Assembly: GCA_036488725.1 (NCBI GenBank)
Contig: DASXHD010000111.1
Span: 16,760-80,759, forward strand
Length of the DNA: 64,000 nt
Direction of reading: 5' to 3'
Origin: Polyangiaceae bacterium
GTDB lineage: Bacteria; Myxococcota_A; Polyangia; Polyangiales; Polyangiaceae
Shown: in pieces, positions 59,017-64,000 of the stretch
Numbering within the stretch: the first letter of the stretch is position 1
Layout of the letters: the number at the start of each line of letters is the position of its first letter
The notes under the pieces: model-generated
What the model was told of the DNA's origin: nothing
The model's input: only the letters and a program-made list of their open reading frames with translations
Database searches by the model: none
Program-made: the position numbers and the translations under genes

Positions 59017-59920
59017 GCTCGGCTGCGGTCAACGCCGACGACGCGAGCAAGACGAGCATCACCCAAACGACGTCGGCCGTCGCGAGGTGCACGAGCTGGA
59101 GCCAAGTCGGCGCGAGGAGCACGATGTTGCTCACCCCGAGCCCGAGCTGCGCGAGCAATGCGACGAGGAGGCCGCGCGCGAAACGCGACGTCGCGGGCGA
59201 CTTGTTCGCGATCGGCGCGAGCGTCGCGAACGCGAACATCAAGACGGCGGACGCGACCGCGACGAACGGGTGAATCGATCGCAGGCGAATGAAGACGGGC
59301 GCCGCCGCAGACACGTCTTGCGCGAGACCTTGCGCGACCGAGTGCGACGGAAAGAGCGTGTCGCCGAGGGCCGCGATGGATCCGGTCGCGCCGACGAAGA
59401 GCGTCGAGAGGAGCGCGGCGCCGCCGAGCGCGCCGAGCGAGCCGCGCCCGCGAAATGACGGAGCGGCCGCGCCGCTCGAGAGACGCGCGGTGATCACGAG
59501 GCTCCCCAAGAGAAACAAAGTGTTCGTCAGATGGAGCGACGTCGAGACACCGCGCGTGAGCGATACGTCGTGCGCGACGAGCCGCAAGAGAACGAGGCCC
59601 GCGCCGATGAGCGCCTCGGCGCCGGTGAAGCCGAGCACCCACGCCGCGCTGCGCCGCACGGCAGATCCCCGCGGAAACGCGCGCATCGCCCACGCGAGCA
59701 CCGCGGCCGCGAGCACGAGCGAGCCGAAGCTCGAGACGCGGTGGCTGAGCTCGACGAGCATCTTCGTCTGCGGCGCGTGCGGGACGAGCTCGCCGTTGCA
59801 GAGCGGCCAATGTCTGCCGCAGCCGTCGCCCGAAAAGCTGATGCGCACGTACGCGCCCCACAAGACGACGAGCACGTCGTAAACGAGGACGAACCAAACG
59901 AACTTCGTGAAGCGACGCAC
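58967..59920 (-). CDS. ctaA: heme A synthase (CtaA/COX15 family)
   Basis: CGRHWPLCNG motif in the first periplasmic loop, 8-TM topology, conserved His pairs. The 3' end overlaps the convergent VWA gene by 50 nt. Confidence 0.8.
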   Translation of the reverse strand: MRRFTKFVWFVLVYDVLVVLWGAYVRISFSGDGCGRHWPLCNGELVPHAPQTKMLVELSHRVSSFGSLVLAAAVLAWAMRAFPRGSAVRRSAAWVLGFTGAEALIGAGLVLLRLVAHDVSLTRGVSTSLHLTNTLFLLGSLVITARLSSGAAAPSFRGRGSLGALGGAALLSTLFVGATGSIAALGDTLFPSHSVAQGLAQDVSAAAPVFIRLRSIHPFVAVASAVLMFAFATLAPIANKSPATSRFARGLLVALLAQLGLGVSNIVLLAPTWLQLVHLATADVVWVMLVLLASSALTAAELSASRGEALAGSPPAR

Positions 59921-59976
59921 GGCATCTCTTTACCCAAAACTTGGCCCTCGTGCCCGCCCAATGCGACAGCGGAGAC

Positions 59977-60669
59977 ATGAAGGCAATCGCACTTTCCATC
60001 GCCCTTCCCCTCCTCACTTTCGGCTGCGCCGCGCATCATGCGACCGAGGTCGCCGAAGTGCCCGTCGGGTTTCATCCGCACGTCGTGCCGATGAGCTTCG
60101 ACTCGATCGACGACGAAAACCCGTACATCGCGCGCTCGAACGACGCGCGCAGCGTCGGCGACTGGATCGCGACGCAGTTCGTCGCGAACGGCAAACCGAT
60201 CACCGTGCGTCAGCGCGTGCTCTCGCGCGACGGCGCGATGAGCGTGACCGAGGTCGAGATCGTCGACGGCAAGGTCGCGCAGACGTTCCGCCTTCGCAGC
60301 GAGACGACCAAGAGCGGCGAGCACCCGCTCGACGTGACCAAGGTCGAAAAAGGCATCGAGCACGCCACGACGATGGCCGCGTACGAGGCCGCGCTCCAGA
60401 AGACCGTGCCGAACGTCGAGCGCAACGACGGCACCGTCGACGTCGAGCCGGTGACGCTCGACGTGGCGGGTCGCAAGATCGACGCCGTGCGGACGACCTA
60501 CAAAGTCGTAGCGGCCGGCAAGCCGGCGACGATGAGCGTCGTTCACTCGGACGCGTTCGCGTGGGGCGATCTCGGCGGCGACATCGTGACCGACTCTGGC
60601 AAGACGCTCTACTCGACGCACGTCGTCGACATGGGCACCGCGACGCGCGCGGTCGCGGACCTCAAATAA
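59977..60669 (+). CDS. hypothetical lipoprotein
   Basis: MKAIALSIALPLLTFGC lipobox; 230 aa mixed alpha/beta composition. Confidence 0.55.
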   Translation: MKAIALSIALPLLTFGCAAHHATEVAEVPVGFHPHVVPMSFDSIDDENPYIARSNDARSVGDWIATQFVANGKPITVRQRVLSRDGAMSVTEVEIVDGKVAQTFRLRSETTKSGEHPLDVTKVEKGIEHATTMAAYEAALQKTVPNVERNDGTVDVEPVTLDVAGRKIDAVRTTYKVVAAGKPATMSVVHSDAFAWGDLGGDIVTDSGKTLYSTHVVDMGTATRAVADLK

Positions 60670-61765
60670 GGACGAGCGTCGCGGCGACGACGCTCGCGAC
60701 CAGGCGCGCGCCTTCGAGGCCGCGCGCCCACGGCTTGGATTCGAGCAACCCGCCGAGCGCGACGAGCCCCGCGGCGATCACCGTGCACGCGGCCGCGAGC
60801 GGCACGGGGCGGAGCGCGCCGTGAAAGAACATGAGCGCCGACGTCGCAGCGAGCAAAAGCGTGTATTGTGCAAACACGTATTGCCGCATTTTACGGGGCG
60901 GCGTGACGTCGTACTTCGCGCGCGACCGGACGTCGGCTTCGTATTTTTTCTCGCCCGTGCCGACCCACGCGGGCGACGCGAGCCACACGCGGAGGCGATC
61001 GACGCCGCGGAGACGCGACGTGCGCCGTCCTAGCTCGAGAAAATAATGAACCTGCGCCCAGAGCGGGTTGAAGCTCGCGAGCGGCTTGGTGATGCCGTAA
61101 ACGCACGGCTCTTCTTCTTCGACGTAGGTCCCGAAGAGTCGGTCCCATACGATGAGCGTCGCGCCGTAATTCTTGTCGAGGTACTGCGCGTTGACCGCGT
61201 GGTGCACGCGGTGGTGCGCGGGCAAGTTCAAGATCCAATCGAGCGGGCCGCGGACTTTTCCGACGAGCTGGGTGTGAATCCAGAATTGATAGAGCGTCGA
61301 GAGCGCGTGGGTGACCGCGAAGACGAGCGGCGGCACGCCGAGCAGCGCGAGCGGCAAGTAAAACGGGAGCGCCGACCAGCCCGTCGTGATCGATTGGCGA
61401 AGCGCGACGGCGAGGTTGTAGTCCTCGCTCTGGTGGTGAACGACGTGCGCCGCCCAGAGCAAGTTCACCTCGTGCGACGCGCGATGCCACCAGTAGTAAA
61501 AGAAATCGACGCCGACGAACGCGACGAGCCATGCGTGCCATCCGTGGAGCTCCACGACGCGGAAGCGCGCGAAGACGAGCGCGTAAACTGCGAGCTGCGT
61601 CGCGGCGAAGAACATCGCTTCGATTTGCGAGGAGACGCCGCACGACAAATCGGTCAGCGAATCGGCGAGGCGATAGACGCGAACGCCGCGGCGACGCGCG
61701 ACGAACGTCTCGACGCCGATGAGCGCGAAAAATCCTGGGACCGCGAGCGCGATGGGGTCGACCAT
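60662..61765 (-). CDS. fatty acid hydroxylase / sterol desaturase family membrane protein
   Basis: Three His boxes (HRASHE, HVVHHQ, HHRVHHA) in a polytopic membrane protein. Confidence 0.8.
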   Translation of the reverse strand: MVDPIALAVPGFFALIGVETFVARRRGVRVYRLADSLTDLSCGVSSQIEAMFFAATQLAVYALVFARFRVVELHGWHAWLVAFVGVDFFYYWWHRASHEVNLLWAAHVVHHQSEDYNLAVALRQSITTGWSALPFYLPLALLGVPPLVFAVTHALSTLYQFWIHTQLVGKVRGPLDWILNLPAHHRVHHAVNAQYLDKNYGATLIVWDRLFGTYVEEEEPCVYGITKPLASFNPLWAQVHYFLELGRRTSRLRGVDRLRVWLASPAWVGTGEKKYEADVRSRAKYDVTPPRKMRQYVFAQYTLLLAATSALMFFHGALRPVPLAAACTVIAAGLVALGGLLESKPWARGLEGARLVASVVAATLVLI

Positions 61766-61789
61766 CTTTGCTTAGTGTATCGTCGTGCG

Positions 61790-62572
61790 ATGCGATCGTG
61801 GGGAGTCTGGTGCGCGAGCGCGGCCGTTGTGCTGGCCGCATCGACCGCGCGCGCCGACACATGCCCCGTTCCGCAAGGCGGCGGCGCGCGGCTCGCGGCG
61901 CTCGACGCGCGCGCGCGCATCGATTTTTTGCATCGAAACGTCGACGCCCAAGCGCATTACGCGCGGCTTTGGAAATGGTGGTGGGTCGGCATCGGCTCCG
62001 CGACGTTCACGTCGAGCGCGGTGCAGGCGATCGGCTGGGCTGCCGGCAACGACAAGACGCGCGACGCCAACGTCGTCGACAACGTGATCGTCTCCGCCTT
62101 TTCGATCGTGACGCCGATTTTTGCGCTCGCTTTCGCGCTGCGCGTCGAGAAAGACGCGCCGGCCATCGACGAGCTCCTGCAGCAGACCGGGGACGGCGCG
62201 GCCGGGTCGTGCCTCGTCCTCGCGCGCATGGAAGAGCTTTTTCAGAAAGACGCCGACGAAGAAGCGCTGAACACCGGGATTCTGGCGCAAGTCGCGGCGA
62301 TCGTCGGCGTGGGCGCGATGTTCGCGATCCTCGCGATCGAAGCGGCGGTCGCGACCGACCCGGACGTGCGCGACGCGCACTGGCTCAACGCGGCGACCAA
62401 CGGCATCGGCGGGCTCATCCTCACCGAGGCGCAGGTCCTCACGACGCCGACCGGCGCCATCAGCGCGTACCGAAGCTATTTGAAGGGGGACCTGCCGCGC
62501 GCCCCGAAAGTCAGCTGGTCGGTCGTGCCGCTCGTCGCGACCCCGGGCGTCGCGTTCAAATTGTCATTTTGA
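61790..62572 (+). CDS. secreted hypothetical protein
   Basis: MRSWGVWCASAAVVLAASTARA signal peptide; hydrophobic internal segments; no family recognised. Confidence 0.5.
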   Translation: MRSWGVWCASAAVVLAASTARADTCPVPQGGGARLAALDARARIDFLHRNVDAQAHYARLWKWWWVGIGSATFTSSAVQAIGWAAGNDKTRDANVVDNVIVSAFSIVTPIFALAFALRVEKDAPAIDELLQQTGDGAAGSCLVLARMEELFQKDADEEALNTGILAQVAAIVGVGAMFAILAIEAAVATDPDVRDAHWLNAATNGIGGLILTEAQVLTTPTGAISAYRSYLKGDLPRAPKVSWSVVPLVATPGVAFKLSF

Positions 62573-62953
62573 TCAAGGGCCGGCCACCGACGCGATGATC
62601 GATCGCAGCGCGGTCTGACCGAGCGCCGCGATGCAGATGAACCACGCGACGCCGACTGCGCTCGCGACGATTTTCTGGAGCTGCTTGCGGCGCTCGACGA
62701 CCGGCGGGCTCGACTTGCGAATGCTGTCCATCTCGAAGTCCGAGAGGCTCGTCGCGAGCGATCGCATCGGCGGACGCGACGGCGGCGGCGGCGGCGCAAC
62801 GACGACCGGCGGCGCAACGACGACCGGTGGCCCGGACGGCTCGGTGATGTCGATCTCTTCGAGATCGGCGTCGTCGAGGATCTCTTCGACTGGCTGCAAT
62901 TTTTCAGGCTGGTGGTCGCGCGGGCCCGGACGAGGAACTGTGAGCTTGCCCAT
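62573..62953 (-). CDS. small Pro-rich membrane protein (hypothetical)
   Basis: ATG 62953 (MGKLTVPRPGP). PPVVVAPPVVVAPPPPPS repeat. C-terminal TM helix VGVAWFICIAALGQTAL. Confidence 0.4.
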   Translation of the reverse strand: MGKLTVPRPGPRDHQPEKLQPVEEILDDADLEEIDITEPSGPPVVVAPPVVVAPPPPPSRPPMRSLATSLSDFEMDSIRKSSPPVVERRKQLQKIVASAVGVAWFICIAALGQTALRSIIASVAGP

Positions 62954-63066
62954 TTGCCACTCCATGCAGCAACGCGCGCGCCACACACGATCGCCCATAT
63001 TTCACGGGGTTTTGTTGCGTCAGCGGCGCGCGAGCGGCTCGCCCGGGGGTCGGCGGATCCAGGACG

Positions 63067-63981
63067 CTACTTCGTCCGCGCGTTCATCCACGCGATGATG
63101 TCGCTCGTCACTTGCGCCTTCTCCGGCTCGTGCAGGAGATCGTGGAACATGTTGCCGTAGAGCGTGAGCGTCTTGTCTTTCGAACGCGCGCGGTCGTAGA
63201 GCGCCTTGCTCCCGCGCGGCGGCGTCACGCGGTCGGCCTTGCCGTGCAAGATGAGGAGCGGCGCGTCGACCTGCTCCATGTTCGACTGAATTTTTCGAAT
63301 GCCCGAGACGAGCTGCGCGGCCATGTGAGCGGGCGCAGCGCCTTGATAGACGAGCGGATCGCGCTTCCCCTCTTTGACGACCTCGGGGTCGCGCGAAAAA
63401 TCATCGAGGTCCAGATTGAAAATGTCGAAGTCCGGAAAGAGCGCGGCGGTCGTCTTCGTCAAACCGATTTCGAAGCTCGACACGCCGGGGTCGAGCGCCG
63501 CGCCGCTCAAGATGATTCCGCGCACGCTCGGGTGGTACATGATGTCGTCGAGCGCCACGATCGCGCCGCCCATGCTGTGACCGAAGACGAAGACCGGGAC
63601 GTCCTCGTCAGCGATGGTGCGGCTGACGAAGATGTCGAGGTCCATCACGTAGTCGTCGAAGAGGAGAACGTTCACGCGGTTGCCCGCCGAGTCTCCGTGT
63701 CCGCGCAAATCGAATGCGTAGACCGCGTAGCCCGCGTCGTTCAGCGCGTGCGCGAAGTCGGCGTAGCGCGACGAATGATCTTTGAGCCCGTGCATGACGA
63801 CTAGCGCGCCGCGCTTCGGCGTTTTCGTCGGTTGCCAGCTTTGCCAATAGAGCATCGTCTTGCCGACGCCCTCGAGCTCGCCTTGCGCGTGCTTGGTGCC
63901 CTCGGGCTGCGGCACCTCGGGCGGCATTCGAGCGGGCAGATACGGCGTTCCACACGCGGTCGCGAGGAGCAGCACGGCCAT
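63067..63981 (-). CDS. alpha/beta-hydrolase lipoprotein (lysophospholipase/monoacylglycerol-lipase-like)
   Basis: GHSMGG nucleophile elbow, HGxxD oxyanion region (VVMHGLKDHSSRY), catalytic His near the C-terminus (FHDLLHE). LLLATACG lipobox. The true start may lie beyond the window end because the frame stays open to nt 64000. Confidence 0.7.
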   Translation of the reverse strand: MAVLLLATACGTPYLPARMPPEVPQPEGTKHAQGELEGVGKTMLYWQSWQPTKTPKRGALVVMHGLKDHSSRYADFAHALNDAGYAVYAFDLRGHGDSAGNRVNVLLFDDYVMDLDIFVSRTIADEDVPVFVFGHSMGGAIVALDDIMYHPSVRGIILSGAALDPGVSSFEIGLTKTTAALFPDFDIFNLDLDDFSRDPEVVKEGKRDPLVYQGAAPAHMAAQLVSGIRKIQSNMEQVDAPLLILHGKADRVTPPRGSKALYDRARSKDKTLTLYGNMFHDLLHEPEKAQVTSDIIAWMNARTK

Positions 63982-64000
63982 TCCGAAGACATGTCGTTTC

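Overview
High-GC (about 70%) chromosomal segment with a gene repertoire typical of Myxococcota: many lipoproteins, eukaryotic-like Ser/Thr kinases, an ECF sigma with a ZAS anti-sigma, a sigma-54 enhancer-binding protein, and very large TPR proteins. I call about 50 protein-coding genes. No rRNA, tRNA, CRISPR or mobile elements are visible. Housekeeping genes recognised are glyQ, pdxH, lgt, tsaE, heme A synthase, a SufS-like cysteine desulfurase and a class I aminotransferase. The most striking feature is a bacterial homolog of the eukaryotic major vault protein (MVP), with vault repeats, shoulder and coiled-coil cap-helix regions at 31017-32984. It is followed 10 nt downstream by a tetraheme c-type cytochrome lipoprotein. 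It is preceded by a divergent collagen-repeat beta-propeller lipoprotein. A 21-bp x ~7.5 tandem repeat array lies just after the cytochrome gene. Other notable features are a single 12.1-kb ORF encoding a 4039-aa all-TPR protein wedged between an ECF-sigma/anti-sigma/beta-helix membrane-protein module and glyQ (which has no glyS next to it), a sigma-54 -24/-12 promoter driving a DUF1328/HicB-like/bacterioferritin operon divergent from an orphan NtrC-type activator, a GH31 glycosidase translationally coupled to a membrane Ser/Thr kinase, a 1324-aa STAND-type kinase-ATPase-TPR protein coupled to a secreted VWA-like protein, a 21-residue polyproline run, and an Lgt with a polyacidic tail. The long Arg/Ala-rich ORFs antisense or out-of-frame to these genes are artefacts of GC content and were rejected.
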